A stretch of DNA of 64,000 nucleotides from a virus (IMGVR_UViG_3300045049_000270); one strand, 5' to 3'. Counted from the stretch's first letter, positions 19,207 to 29,788 are shown. Made by a program: numbers and translations. The notes: a model not told the origin generated them from the sequence alone.

Positions 19207-19560
19207 TTATTTCCAAGTGCCTTTGAATGTGAAAGATATATCAGCCAGTGTAGTATCCGCTGTCGCTGGAGAATCAATTTCAAATGTATCTCCAAGCGTA
19301 AAAGTCACTGGATTAGTAAAACTAACGGTTGCTGTGGTTGCTGATGCGGCAAACGTAATTGTGCCAATCGTAGTCGTATTCTGTTTCAAAGTAAACACGG
19401 TTGATGCAGTAGCAGCAGTGCCAGCATCAAAATAACTACCAGTCAAGTTGGCTGGCAATGTCGCACTTCGATTAATCTTGATACGAATCTTTTCACCGCT
19501 AACCAATTGGCCAACATAGTTCACAACAATATCGTATGGCAAACTTGCTGCATACGTCAT
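19207..19560 (-). CDS. Virion structural protein (beta-sandwich)
   Basis: TFAASATTAT...F.LGD...SPATADTTLADISFT. Confidence 0.6.
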   Translation of the reverse strand: MTYAASLPYDIVVNYVGQLVSGEKIRIKINRSATLPANLTGSYFDAGTAATASTVFTLKQNTTTIGTITFAASATTATVSFTNPVTFTLGDTFEIDSPATADTTLADISFTFKGTWK

Positions 19561-19561
19561 A

Positions 19562-20212
19562 TTAGATCACCCACCATGCTGAGCCGTTTGTTTGAACCGT
19601 ATATGCTTGGTACTGAGTTGCGATCGACAGTGTGGTGCCACCATCAATAGTATCTGTACCTGCACGAGAAATTGTTACGGCATTGCTACTTGAATCGATC
19701 TTCTTTATATTAATTACTTGCCCAGTAAGACCTGAGGCCGCTGGCAAAGTAATTGTTACCGCACCAGCAGTAGCATCAACCAGAATAGTATAATCTGAAG
19801 TAGTCGCAGTATAGTTTGTTGTTTCAGTTACAATGCTACGTGAAACGTCACTAACCGTAAGAGTTACCGCACCAGTTTTACCAGCTACTGATGTCACATT
19901 TGCGGACAAATGGCCAGCACCATCAATACTCAAGCCGGTTGAAACGATTACACCACCAAGTGTTGATGTTGTAGCAGCAGGTAATGAATAAGCAGTTGCA
20001 GTAAGCAAACCAGTCCCATCAACTGATAGACCGGTACCAATTTTCACACCACCCAAAGCCGATGTCGTTGCTGCTGGTAAAACATAAGCAGCAGGCGTGT
20101 TAGACAGATCAGTATATGATCCAGATGTGGCAACAGCAGCTAGACTAAGATCAGACGCGGCAATAGTAACAGCACCACGTTTATTGTTTACGGACATTAC
20201 ACCATATGACAT
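19562..20212 (-). CDS. Fibre-like virion protein
   Basis: LAAVATSGSYTDL, 2x LPAATTS.LGGV..GLS.DG, VTSVAGKTGAV, DYTILVDATAGAVTITLP. Confidence 0.75.
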   Translation of the reverse strand: MSYGVMSVNNKRGAVTIAASDLSLAAVATSGSYTDLSNTPAAYVLPAATTSALGGVKIGTGLSVDGTGLLTATAYSLPAATTSTLGGVIVSTGLSIDGAGHLSANVTSVAGKTGAVTLTVSDVSRSIVTETTNYTATTSDYTILVDATAGAVTITLPAASGLTGQVINIKKIDSSSNAVTISRAGTDTIDGGTTLSIATQYQAYTVQTNGSAWWVI

Positions 20213-20246
20213 AATGTTTTCCTTTTAATTTATAGATGTAAAAGGG

Positions 20247-20942
20247 TTACAGAACCCACCAATTTGAAACGCCGTCAGATTGAATTTGGAATGCTTGTAA
20301 TTGCAACGCCATTTCTAATGACGTGCCCAAGTCAACTTTATCGGAACCGGAAACAACAATGGTTACTGCATTAGTTGAAGCATCAATTTTCTTGATGTTC
20401 ATTACTGAAGTTCCACCTGCCGCCGCTGGCAAAGTAATCGTAACCGGCCCAGCAGATGCATTAACCATAATGCTGTAATCATTATGACTAACAGTATAAT
20501 TTGCTGTTACTGTTTTGATTGGGAATGCTAAAGTGTTACCAGGACCGGTTGCACTAAGAAGTCCGGTGTTATCAATGGATAAGCCTGAACCTACTTTGAT
20601 AACACCAAGAGACGAAGTAGAAGCAATAGGCAATGATGTAACATTGCTATTGATAGTAATTGATGTGTCATCTGTTGTGAATGAAATACCAGGACCAGCA
20701 ATCAAACTTTTGAAATTAAGTTCAACTTCAGTTTGACTTATTTGCACCAAATCCCTGAAAATACCAGTACTACTAATTGCTTCTAAATTAATTACGTCAA
20801 TCGTGATTTGGCCTCGGGCAGCAGAACTATTGCCGCCACTATTGGCAGATCCACCAGTTGATCCTGGAGTGACACTAGAATTGTCTGGGTAAGTTATTTT
20901 ACCAGTGCCTGGGGTAATATTACCACTGCCGACTGTTGGCAT
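20247..20942 (-). CDS. Fibre-like virion protein, paralogous C-terminus to 19562
   Basis: LPIASTSSLGVIKVGSGLSID; DYSIMVNASAGPVTITLPAA...IKKID...WWVL. Confidence 0.75.
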   Translation of the reverse strand: MPTVGSGNITPGTGKITYPDNSSVTPGSTGGSANSGGNSSAARGQITIDVINLEAISSTGIFRDLVQISQTEVELNFKSLIAGPGISFTTDDTSITINSNVTSLPIASTSSLGVIKVGSGLSIDNTGLLSATGPGNTLAFPIKTVTANYTVSHNDYSIMVNASAGPVTITLPAAAGGTSVMNIKKIDASTNAVTIVVSGSDKVDLGTSLEMALQLQAFQIQSDGVSNWWVL

Positions 20943-21010
20943 ACAATTGTCCTTAACTAGAAGCTATTAACTACACACATTACTCAAGTTATTTAGCAAT
21001 TTGTTACACA

Positions 21011-21565
21011 TCAGATTGCGGTTAGTTTGTCACCCGGCATGATCATTTGTGTGGTTTGGCTGAACACGTATTTCTCTGAAGCTTCATCATAATCGAAAAC
21101 AAAAATCACGTCGAACCGTTTTTCCGGCCAGGCCTGAGGTGCGCTTTCATCACCAAGAATGACATTTGCTATCAGATGAATATTATCATGTTCCCATGCA
21201 ATAAGAACCGTTCCGTCGCATTGCATAGCCTTTTCGGCTACCTTTTCTTCTTCGCCCTTCAGATGCTTTGTATTAATTTTGACGCCGATTTTTTCAGCTA
21301 AAACAGATATTACCTGTTCGGAACGTTTGCTGTTACTGTGTTTACCAACACCAGGCGCAAACAAGTGCTGAGGAGTGGCAAGCTTATCGTTTAGAACGAT
21401 TCCATTTGGAGGTGCAAATAGAACGGCAAGAGCACCGGCACGTTGCCAACCTTTAATGATCAAAGACGAAGAATCTTTGATACCATATTGATCGACACCA
21501 CGCGGATAGAGTTGTTTTGATGGTTTTTCGCCGTGGCGAATAATCATGATTTTGGAAGCTTTCAT
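21011..21565 (-). CDS. Histidine phosphatase (phosphoglycerate mutase-like) family protein
   Basis: IIRHGEKP, G.QRA and IAWEH; start refined. Confidence 0.8.
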   Translation of the reverse strand: MKASKIMIIRHGEKPSKQLYPRGVDQYGIKDSSSLIIKGWQRAGALAVLFAPPNGIVLNDKLATPQHLFAPGVGKHSNSKRSEQVISVLAEKIGVKINTKHLKGEEEKVAEKAMQCDGTVLIAWEHDNIHLIANVILGDESAPQAWPEKRFDVIFVFDYDEASEKYVFSQTTQMIMPGDKLTAI

Positions 21566-21620
21566 AGAACACCAGGGGATGGGAGGTTTCTGGTAATATT
21601 TATGAAAGCTATAATGGACC

Positions 21621-21644
21621 AAGGGTCACCTTTTGGTGACCCTT
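21621..21644. terminator. Hairpin / putative terminator
   Basis: AAGGGTCACC-TTTT-GGTGACCCTT. Confidence 0.55.
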
Positions 21645-21647
21645 GTA

Positions 21648-21767
21648 TTACAATTGATCCCAGTTTCTGGATTCAGTATCCCAGGTGTTATTCAACAAAT
21701 TCCAAAGTACTTGATAGATGATCGCCTTAACTTGGCCCAGTCTTGGTGCCAAATGTGAAATCTTCAT
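21648..21767 (-). CDS. 39-aa Trp-rich small protein, absent from the ORF track
   Basis: MKISHLAPRLGQVKAIIYQVLWNLLNNTWDTESRNWDQL*; TAAATA and GGGAGAAGGG upstream, hairpin downstream. Confidence 0.55.
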   Translation of the reverse strand: MKISHLAPRLGQVKAIIYQVLWNLLNNTWDTESRNWDQL

Positions 21768-21809
21768 TTCCCTTCTCCCGTAAAGCCTGATGGCTTAATA
21801 TTTATCGCT

Positions 21810-22271
21810 TTACAGCCGGGAATAAGTTGATGCAGAATTCGTGTAGATCACATGTTTAATATCGAACGCGGTGATTGCCATCTTACAGCCATCACACGGA
21901 CAACTGAAACCCCATCCACCATTCTTCATCACCCTAGCAACATACAGTGTTGACTTCTTCAATTCTTCTGTAGAAATATGGTTTAATGATTTTCTGATGG
22001 CACTGACTTCGGCATGAAGAAAGTATTTTTCTTCCTTCTTGCTGAATTCAACTTGGAATGGATGAGTTTTATATTCATTCCAGCCAATTGAGATGATTTC
22101 ATTCTTATAGACGATTGCCGCGGCATGTTTCGAACCTTCATCTGGTGCGTTGTCCAATGCTGCTCGGATAAGGAGTTGAATCACCCTGTCGTGGCGTTTA
22201 TTGTTGAGTACGTGAATCATAATTATTCTTATATGAATGCGTATTCTAACTGGTGTTGTCCATGATTTCAA
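21810..22271 (-). CDS. Cytidine/dCMP deaminase-like Zn deaminase
   Basis: LHAEV...CPCDGC; IISIGWN; true start likely downstream. Confidence 0.8.
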   Translation of the reverse strand: MKSWTTPVRIRIHIRIIMIHVLNNKRHDRVIQLLIRAALDNAPDEGSKHAAAIVYKNEIISIGWNEYKTHPFQVEFSKKEEKYFLHAEVSAIRKSLNHISTEELKKSTLYVARVMKNGGWGFSCPCDGCKMAITAFDIKHVIYTNSASTYSRL

Positions 22272-22335
22272 AAAAGACAGGTACCAGTTTTATGTTGACA
22301 TGTTGCCAATTGCCAGTAGAATGCACATCTGTTTA

Positions 22336-22413
22336 GGGCCGTTAGCTCACGGTGGTTAGAGCAACCGACTCATAATCGGTAGGTACTGGGTTCGACCCCC
22401 AGACGGCCCACCA
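22336..22413 (+). tRNA. tRNA with CAU anticodon (Ile2-like or elongator Met), CCA encoded
   Basis: GGGCCGT/ACGGCCC acceptor, CCGA-CTCATAA-TCGG anticodon arm, GTTCGA T-loop; TTGACA...TAGAAT promoter upstream. Confidence 0.93.
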
Positions 22414-22476
22414 TATGCTCTGGTGGACTAGATTCGAACTACGAAGTAGTTCACAATTCAATTATATCAAAATAAA

Positions 22477-22815
22477 ATGCCTTTAGTTGATTTTGTTGGT
22501 AGCCATTATTTTATCATTTATTTGATTTCAATTTTTGGTGGTTTCTGTTCATTTTGTGTTTTTGGAGCCACAATCGAATGTGGAAATAGCCCACCTTTTC
22601 TGGTGGCTCCATGGAAAGTACATTGTCATTTGACAATTCGATATATGATGGTGGCGGCAGTTCTAAGCATCATTCCAGTAGTCAATTCTGCTGGTATAGC
22701 AACTGTTATTTGGTTTTATTGTTTGACGATCATTTTCACACCAGTGCGTTGGATAGTAAACACCGAAAAGTTCCAAAATATTGATTTTAATCACAAACCA
22801 TTCGGAAAAAATTAA
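22477..22815 (+). CDS. Membrane protein
   Basis: Hydrophobic segments; IPVVN...HKPF resembles 22951. Confidence 0.5.
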   Translation: MPLVDFVGSHYFIIYLISIFGGFCSFCVFGATIECGNSPPFLVAPWKVHCHLTIRYMMVAAVLSIIPVVNSAGIATVIWFYCLTIIFTPVRWIVNTEKFQNIDFNHKPFGKN

Positions 22816-22950
22816 AATGAATTTCTACGAATTTGCAAATGCAAACCCAGGTTTGGTATTTCTGATGACTATTGTTATTGGTGTTGTCATCGTCAAAATA
22901 GTCGAAACAATTGTTGGTAGAAATTGCCAATGCGATGAGGATGAATAATA

Positions 22951-23253
22951 ATGATTTACCTACTGATTTATGCACTTTTTGCTTCATTCTTCTTCTACAT
23001 TATCGCAAGTGCATTCGCTTCACACGGAACCCATTATTATCGTGTGAACGACAATATGAATGTTCGATTGTGGCTTTCAAAAGAAGAATTCAAAGAATTT
23101 GTTTCGATTGGTGTATTGCTTATTTCAACTTTCATTGCCATCCTTCCGGTCGCGAACTTAGTAATCTTAATGGTTTTTACGTTAAATTGGCTTTCTGAAA
23201 ATAACCGAATTTCCAAATTCTTCAGCCAACGGCCGTTCAGCCAGAACAAATAG
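22951..23253 (+). CDS. Membrane protein
   Basis: Hydrophobic; LPVAN...QRPF. Confidence 0.5.
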   Translation: MIYLLIYALFASFFFYIIASAFASHGTHYYRVNDNMNVRLWLSKEEFKEFVSIGVLLISTFIAILPVANLVILMVFTLNWLSENNRISKFFSQRPFSQNK

Positions 23254-23289
23254 CTTGCTCAAATGAGCAAACGATAGTATCATTGGTGC

Positions 23290-24048
23290 ATGAAAATACA
23301 CATCCTTTCAGATATACATCTCGAGCGATGGAAGTTCGAATACACACAACCTGATTGTGATGTAATCGCCTTGGTTGGCGATATTGGTGCCGGTTTTCTT
23401 GGCATTGAATGGATCAATGAGAACATCGTTGGTGACATCCCCGTGCTGTACGTTCCTGGAAACCATGAATTCTATGGTGAAGCCTTGTGGGAGCACACTG
23501 CACGACTTGACTTCAGAGCCAAAGAATGTGAAGTGCAATTACTTCACAATCGAACATTTGTTCATAACAATGTTCGGTTCATCGGCTCTACATTGTGGAC
23601 AGATTACAACTTGCTTGGCGATCGCGATCGTTCGATGCTGGCCGCACCTCAAGTATTGGCCGATTTTAAAACAATTGATCTCGAACCTGATGATATGTTT
23701 GGCGGACAGGTGAAGCCTTATCATATCTTGAGTGAACATGAATATTCTCGTAAGTTTATCGTAAACGAGCTTGAAACTCCGTTTGACGGTAAAACTGTCG
23801 TGCTCACGCATCATGCACCAAGCGAAATGAGCATTGATCAGACTCACAGAAATTCGCTGCATTCATCATATTATGCATCAAGACTCGAACACTTGATGCT
23901 TAACTACAAAATTGACCTCTGGTGCCACGGTCACATTCACTCTAGTAGTGATTATATGATTGGGGACACAAGGGTAATTGCTAACCCCAGAGGATCTGAT
24001 GCATATCCCAACAAGACATTCGACCCACAGCTGGTTATAGAAATTTGA
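23290..24048 (+). CDS. Calcineurin-like metallophosphoesterase
   Basis: SDIHLE, GDI, PGNHE, THHAP, HGHIH and NPRG. Confidence 0.9.
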   Translation: MKIHILSDIHLERWKFEYTQPDCDVIALVGDIGAGFLGIEWINENIVGDIPVLYVPGNHEFYGEALWEHTARLDFRAKECEVQLLHNRTFVHNNVRFIGSTLWTDYNLLGDRDRSMLAAPQVLADFKTIDLEPDDMFGGQVKPYHILSEHEYSRKFIVNELETPFDGKTVVLTHHAPSEMSIDQTHRNSLHSSYYASRLEHLMLNYKIDLWCHGHIHSSSDYMIGDTRVIANPRGSDAYPNKTFDPQLVIEI

Positions 24049-24396
24049 ATAGCGCTTGATTGCTATTATGTTGTGCGTAACAATTTGGCAACTCAATAAT
24101 AAAAGAGATCCACATGGGTTGGGCATTCTGGGTTTGGGTGGTTGCGTCACTCATTGCTGCAATTATATTTCTGTTCAGTACCTTTGTGAGTGCTGGTGCA
24201 ACTTTCTTTATCATTAAGATGGTTGCCACTTCAAAATTTGATCGCAAAGAATTCAAAGAATTGGCACGTGCTTCTTTCTTTGGAGCTATTCTAGCGATTA
24301 AGTTCTATTTTATCTTACGATCCTTACACATAATCGAACTTGCACCGTTGCTGCGTATATTGTTGCCTTGACTGATAAGTCATTTGATGCCATCAT

Positions 24397-24834
24397 ATGG
24401 TCAAGATGATGTCAGGAGCAAATATGGAGAAGCAAGCAAACATTCCTAATGTTTTCCCCTTTTTGCTCGAATATGAGCAAAGTCGATCGCTGTTCACGCT
24501 GTTTATCCAACGTAATAAATTGTTCATCAAACAATTTGGTGAAAACTGGCGTTGGTTTAAGGTTGAGGGTAAGGTGATCGATGCCAATCACATCATCTTC
24601 AACACTTTCGACGTGAATGAAGATCCTAATAGCTATCACTACGGTAAGCGTGAGGATCATCAAGAATTTTATGTGACATATGGTGATGGTGAATTGAATA
24701 CATACATTCAACGTCAAAAGCGAACAATTGCTATCGAAGAATTCGATAGACGTGAAGAAGAACGTTTGCGAGCTGAACGGTACGCTCGCGTTGCTTCAGT
24801 ATATCGTGAATTATTTGGGGAGGATATGATATGA
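24397..24834 (+). CDS. Hypothetical protein
   Basis: Class B promoter at 24368-24396; AGGAG before MEKQ. Confidence 0.55.
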   Translation: MVKMMSGANMEKQANIPNVFPFLLEYEQSRSLFTLFIQRNKLFIKQFGENWRWFKVEGKVIDANHIIFNTFDVNEDPNSYHYGKREDHQEFYVTYGDGELNTYIQRQKRTIAIEEFDRREEERLRAERYARVASVYRELFGEDMI

Positions 24835-25178
24835 CTTTGGACCAGTTGCTTTCTGGTGTGAATACCAAACATGCGTTCCTTCTTGGCGGAATCGCAATAG
24901 CATATAGTGAACGTAAGCGTGCTCGTGACAACTTGAAAGAAGCAGAAAAGTCAAAAGAAGCTGCAATTCGTGAAAATAGAACGATGGGTATTTACGAAGA
25001 TTGTGGTGACTTTTATCAGTCGTTGGTAGATCGCGCCGAAGGAGCTGAACGCCGAGCACTTGCTGAAAAAGTCAGCAAGGAAAAGCATTTCAAAAAGCTG
25101 TGTCATGAATACGAAGAAGCTGGTGGCGATCCGCATACTATCGCACTTCTTCAAGCAATTCTCAATGAACAGACTTGA
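24831..25178 (+). CDS. Hypothetical coiled-coil protein
   Basis: GGAGG RBS; coupled ORF. Confidence 0.55.
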   Translation: MTLDQLLSGVNTKHAFLLGGIAIAYSERKRARDNLKEAEKSKEAAIRENRTMGIYEDCGDFYQSLVDRAEGAERRALAEKVSKEKHFKKLCHEYEEAGGDPHTIALLQAILNEQT

Positions 25179-25233
25179 TTCGTAGCCAAACGAATATATT
25201 ATAAGAACACGGTAAACAACTAAGGAGAGAAAT

Positions 25234-25593
25234 ATGTTCACGTTCATTATTGTTGCTTCTGTGTTCTACTTCGTACTCACTGTGATTTGGGAAACCAAGT
25301 CGCTGAACAAACTGTTCAAGGTGACCTTTGGTTTGATGTTGATTTATTCGGCGGCCCTGTTGGCGGGTCACGAAGGTATTACGGTTAACAACTATGCGAT
25401 GGAAAATTTGCTGGTGACAAAGATGATCGCACCATACTTGATCATCACAGCATTGCTTAGTGGTTGGATGGGTTGGATTTGGTCGAAAAAGAACTGGCTT
25501 AATTTTGCAATGAAAAGCATGCTCATTGCAATGTTTATCGGCAGCACGTTTTTTGCTGGTATCGCGTTGCACATCGTTAAGTTGGCAGCATAA
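25234..25593 (+). CDS. Four-TM membrane protein
   Basis: AAGGAG RBS; hydrophobic segments. Confidence 0.6.
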   Translation: MFTFIIVASVFYFVLTVIWETKSLNKLFKVTFGLMLIYSAALLAGHEGITVNNYAMENLLVTKMIAPYLIITALLSGWMGWIWSKKNWLNFAMKSMLIAMFIGSTFFAGIALHIVKLAA

Positions 25594-25614
25594 ACAAAAA
25601 CCAAGGAGGAGACG

Positions 25615-25992
25615 ATGCAGAATTGGGTGCTTACTGGGTTTATGGTCTTGATGTCGGCAGCGTTCTTGATGATTCTGCTGTCAAATCAAGCATGTATTTG
25701 GTCAAAGGCTAATGCCAATATACGATGCGCTGTGATGTGGTTGATTATCTTCTGCTTAACCCTTACGTCGGCAGAAGGTGGTGTTTACATTCACTTCGAA
25801 GGCACCAATCTGCACCATCTGCTGGTGTGGAACACCATCGTTGGTTTGTGTTCGATGCTTGTTTTTCTCTACTACTCTTTTGTCTTCATGTTTGCGGTAG
25901 ATCGTAGACGAATGATAGTGTCTTTGATTGCATTGTTCATGAGCATTGGCGCTATTTCAATAGCAATGACTGAATTGAGGAGCATAGTATGA
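25615..25992 (+). CDS. Four-TM membrane protein, similar layout to 25234
   Basis: AGGAGG RBS; EG.....LL motif between TM2 and TM3 in both proteins. Confidence 0.55.
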   Translation: MQNWVLTGFMVLMSAAFLMILLSNQACIWSKANANIRCAVMWLIIFCLTLTSAEGGVYIHFEGTNLHHLLVWNTIVGLCSMLVFLYYSFVFMFAVDRRRMIVSLIALFMSIGAISIAMTELRSIV

Positions 25993-26303
25993 CGATTCTT
26001 GGAATTGTTACAATAGTAACGACCATTTTGTTGTATCGTTTGATATTCACCAATTGGGTATGCTTGATCGGGTTCAGATTACCAGCAGCTCTTGTCCTTG
26101 CTTTAGTTGGTGCGTTAGTAACGGTTTGGACAAACCCTTGGTACTTAGAATGGACCGGCATCACAGTCGTTTGGCATCGAGTCAACATGGCACAGATTTA
26201 CTGGTTAATTCCGAGTTGGCTAGTACTGTTGACACCATTCGATGCTAAGATCAAAAACAACTTGAAGGCGTTGGTGAAAGTATCAAACGCGGTTAAGCAG
26301 TAA
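25989..26303 (+). CDS. Membrane protein
   Basis: Coupled hydrophobic ORF. Confidence 0.5.
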   Translation: MTILGIVTIVTTILLYRLIFTNWVCLIGFRLPAALVLALVGALVTVWTNPWYLEWTGITVVWHRVNMAQIYWLIPSWLVLLTPFDAKIKNNLKALVKVSNAVKQ

Positions 26304-26395
26304 ACTGGCAATAAAAGTGGCGCGCTGTCTTGCGCGCCATTTTGTTATCTTCTACAATACGTATTCCCCAATAACTACAATAATACAAAGGGCGT

Positions 26396-28576
26396 ATGAT
26401 TGTAACCGGCAATAACGCAGAGATCGAACGTAACGATCTGCTGCACGAAAACAACTTCAAAATCAAGGCAACTGGCAAAGCATTCGCCATCCTCAGCGAT
26501 GGCTTGTATGCTGATAAGATTCGCGCAGTTATTCGTGAGTTGAGCTGCAATGCTTACGATGCGCATGTTGCCGCAGGTAACCCTGGAACACCCTTCGAAG
26601 TACACCTACCAAATGTAATGGAACCGCATTTCACCGTGCGTGACTTTGGTATTGGTTTGAGCAAGGAAGCATGTCAGGAACTATTCACGACGTACTTTGA
26701 AAGCACGAAGACCACCAGCAACGATTTTATCGGTGCTCTAGGGCTTGGTAGTAAGTCACCTTTTAGCTATGTTGACGCATTCACGGTCGTTAGCCGTTTC
26801 AATGGTATCAAGTACACATTCAGCGCATTCATCGGCGAAGATGACATGCCAAAGTTGGCATTGATGGGTGAAGAAGCAACGAAAGAAGGCAATGGTCTTG
26901 AAGTATCTATGCCAGTTCGTCGTAACGACTTCAATTCATTCGCTGAGCGGGCACAAACTGTTCTCAAACGCTTTAATCCGCAACCAATTATCACCGGTAC
27001 CAATATTACCTTTAAACAGGAAAAGATTGCTGTTGAAGGTAATGGCTGGCGTTTGGTTGACTGCATTAATCATTATGGTTATTCCAACCGTCAAGCAAGT
27101 GCAATTCAAGGCAAGATTGAATATCCGCTTAGTCACGACGCATTGTATGACAAGCTCGATGATATTCACATGCGGTTGTTGAATTGCCCTTTCGAGCTTG
27201 ATTTCCAGATTGGTGAGCTTGAAATAGCTGCTAGTCGCGAAGCACTCGGGTACAAAGGCCCAACTGTTGCAGCAATCAGAAAGAAACTTGATAGTATGAT
27301 TGCCGAAATTCCTTCGAGATTTCAAGCCAAGTTTGATAACGTGCGAACGTTATGGGAAGCTCACATTGAATACGCATCGATCTTTGATCATCGTAGTCCA
27401 ATGGCGTATGTATTGCGTGAGTTGAATAATCGCAACCTACTGAAGTTTAATGTTCTGGGTAAAGAAGTCAGTAGCACGCAGATTAAGGTGAAATATTCTG
27501 ATTATCCGAGTGTGACAATTACTGAATTCTTTCAGCATGGTTCTTGCAAGTCGGTAAATTTCGCTGAGCGAGCAAAATTGTATAGCCAAAACAAGAATTA
27601 CAATTACGAACATTATTCGATTGATTTGAATCGGACAGTAATTGTGTTCAAGAATGATTTGAAGACAGGCCCCAACACGCGTATCAATCGTTTTATCAAG
27701 CAACGAAATGACGGTCAGGCTATCTTGATTAATGGTGATGAAGCCGATATCAAGAAATTGTTAAGTGATCTTGGTGATCCGCCTGTACATACCACAAGTG
27801 AATTACCAAAGCCAATTCGTTCGCAATCTGCGAAAGTAAAAGCTCGTTCGTATTCAATCGAACGTCGTCGTTGGTCTGCTGATAACGATCTTGATTTGAA
27901 TGACGGCATGCCTGGACTATTCGTTTACTACGCTCGTGATATTGCACATTTCACATTGAAAAGCGCATCTCGTGCGCAGCCCGCAGAAATTCGAATGGGG
28001 CAATATGATTTTGCCAATTTTTGTGAGAAGCTGATTCAGTTCAAGATTATCGACAAGGATATTCGTATTGTCGGTTTGAATAAGCTAACGTTCGACAAGT
28101 TAGTTAAGGATGAAGATAGTGAATGGGAATTGTTTGGCAGCCATATCCAAGAAGGATTTGAAACTAAGTGGTTGAATAATACAAAATTCATCGACGAAGT
28201 TGCTCAAATCATGTCAGCTAAAGGGTTTGTTGACGATTATTATTCTGGGCGTCTCTTCAAATCATTGGTCGAACACAAAGATCAGATTGATGCAGCAAGT
28301 CCAATTCATGCATTCTTAGATGAATTCGTGAAGGTAGCCAATACAAAGAAGACTGATCTGGTTCGAAATTTCATTAATCTTACCGAATGTTTTCAACATA
28401 AGCTAGATGTGAGTGCTCATGGTTATGATTTTCGTGCAAACTACGGTTTGATCAAGAATCGTTATCCCATGATTAATGCTGTTGATATGTACAATCTACA
28501 TAATCACATTGATACATTTGTCCAATATATAAATGATGTTGAAACAGTAATTATGGTTAGGACAAAAAAGAACTAA
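26396..28576 (+). CDS. rIIA: rIIA-like protein (GHKL/HATPase N-terminus)
   Basis: LSDGLYADKIRAVIRELSCNAYDAH, RDFGIGLS, GALGLGSKSPFSY; adjacent to rIIB. Confidence 0.88.
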   Translation: MIVTGNNAEIERNDLLHENNFKIKATGKAFAILSDGLYADKIRAVIRELSCNAYDAHVAAGNPGTPFEVHLPNVMEPHFTVRDFGIGLSKEACQELFTTYFESTKTTSNDFIGALGLGSKSPFSYVDAFTVVSRFNGIKYTFSAFIGEDDMPKLALMGEEATKEGNGLEVSMPVRRNDFNSFAERAQTVLKRFNPQPIITGTNITFKQEKIAVEGNGWRLVDCINHYGYSNRQASAIQGKIEYPLSHDALYDKLDDIHMRLLNCPFELDFQIGELEIAASREALGYKGPTVAAIRKKLDSMIAEIPSRFQAKFDNVRTLWEAHIEYASIFDHRSPMAYVLRELNNRNLLKFNVLGKEVSSTQIKVKYSDYPSVTITEFFQHGSCKSVNFAERAKLYSQNKNYNYEHYSIDLNRTVIVFKNDLKTGPNTRINRFIKQRNDGQAILINGDEADIKKLLSDLGDPPVHTTSELPKPIRSQSAKVKARSYSIERRRWSADNDLDLNDGMPGLFVYYARDIAHFTLKSASRAQPAEIRMGQYDFANFCEKLIQFKIIDKDIRIVGLNKLTFDKLVKDEDSEWELFGSHIQEGFETKWLNNTKFIDEVAQIMSAKGFVDDYYSGRLFKSLVEHKDQIDAASPIHAFLDEFVKVANTKKTDLVRNFINLTECFQHKLDVSAHGYDFRANYGLIKNRYPMINAVDMYNLHNHIDTFVQYINDVETVIMVRTKKN

Positions 28577-28669
28577 AATACCACGTTAAATAAATGGCAA
28601 CTGCTTGCGGTTGCCATTTAATGCTATAATGGCATTTGCGGTCTGATAACAACAAAGAATAACAACTAT

Positions 28670-29773
28670 ATGGCAAACGAACGTATTCCCTTCAGCGTCA
28701 CGCCTAATTCCATCATTATCATGATGAATGGCAAGACGTACACAATTACACAAGACTCACACATTCATTACGCTGAAATACGCGAGGCCCTTAAAACGAA
28801 GGACTTTGATAAGGTTCGCGAACTGATTGATGTGGCACAAACAATCAACACTTTTGGCAATGGTAAGATCAAGGTTGTCAACGGTGTTGTTATGTATGGC
28901 GACTTCGAACTGCATAATACGTTGACTGAACGTATTATTCAACAAATGCAGGAAGGTTTTGATGTTGAACCTATGGTCAAGTTCCTTGAGAACCTGATGC
29001 AGAATCCATCAAAACGTGCGGTTGATGAACTGTATCGTTTCTTGGAGCACAATTCTCTACCGATTACAGAGGATGGTCATTTTGTCGCATACAAGCGTGT
29101 AACAGAAGACTATAAGGACTTCTATACGCGTAAGATGGATAATTCGATCGGTTCAACGCCAGAGATGCCGCGCAACATGGTTGATGATGACAAGGATCGC
29201 ACATGTTCGAATGGTCTGCATTTCTGTTCGCTTGAATACTTGCCACACTATCATAGCGGTCAGGGACATATCGTTATTCTCAAGATTAACCCGGCTGATG
29301 TCGTGTCGATCCCAACTGATTACAACAATGCAAAGGGTCGCGCTTGTAAGTATTTGATTCTTGAAGAATACTTTGGTGATGAAACGACTGAAAAGTTCAC
29401 CACTAGCGTTTATAACACGATTCCAGAAGTTGATGACGAATCGAGTGAAGATGACATTTGGGATGACTGCTGGGCAGGTGCTGATAGCAGCTCTTCCAGC
29501 GAGTTGTTTGAAGATGAAGACGATGAGGCATCAACACAAACTCCTGCATCAGTTGCAAACGTTGCCGCATCGTGGCCCTTCCCGACTGGTCACCAAGTAG
29601 TTCAAGCACAACCAGCTCCACAACCAGCCAAGCCTCAAGGAACGCTCTATACGAAGGACCAAGCGTGCCAAATCCTTGGCATCAGCAAGGATGCTCTCCG
29701 TAAACGCCTTACGCGTGGTGTGTCCGTACAGCTTGTTCGAGTCGGCGATGATGAATTTGTACGCATTCAGTAA
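28670..29773 (+). CDS. rIIB: rIIB-like protein with acidic linker and C-terminal HTH
   Basis: LPITEDGHFVAYK, CSNGLHFCS, KINPADVVSIPTDYNNAKGRACKY. Confidence 0.88.
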   Translation: MANERIPFSVTPNSIIIMMNGKTYTITQDSHIHYAEIREALKTKDFDKVRELIDVAQTINTFGNGKIKVVNGVVMYGDFELHNTLTERIIQQMQEGFDVEPMVKFLENLMQNPSKRAVDELYRFLEHNSLPITEDGHFVAYKRVTEDYKDFYTRKMDNSIGSTPEMPRNMVDDDKDRTCSNGLHFCSLEYLPHYHSGQGHIVILKINPADVVSIPTDYNNAKGRACKYLILEEYFGDETTEKFTTSVYNTIPEVDDESSEDDIWDDCWAGADSSSSSELFEDEDDEASTQTPASVANVAASWPFPTGHQVVQAQPAPQPAKPQGTLYTKDQACQILGISKDALRKRLTRGVSVQLVRVGDDEFVRIQ

Positions 29774-29788
29774 CGTTATTTGAATGAG

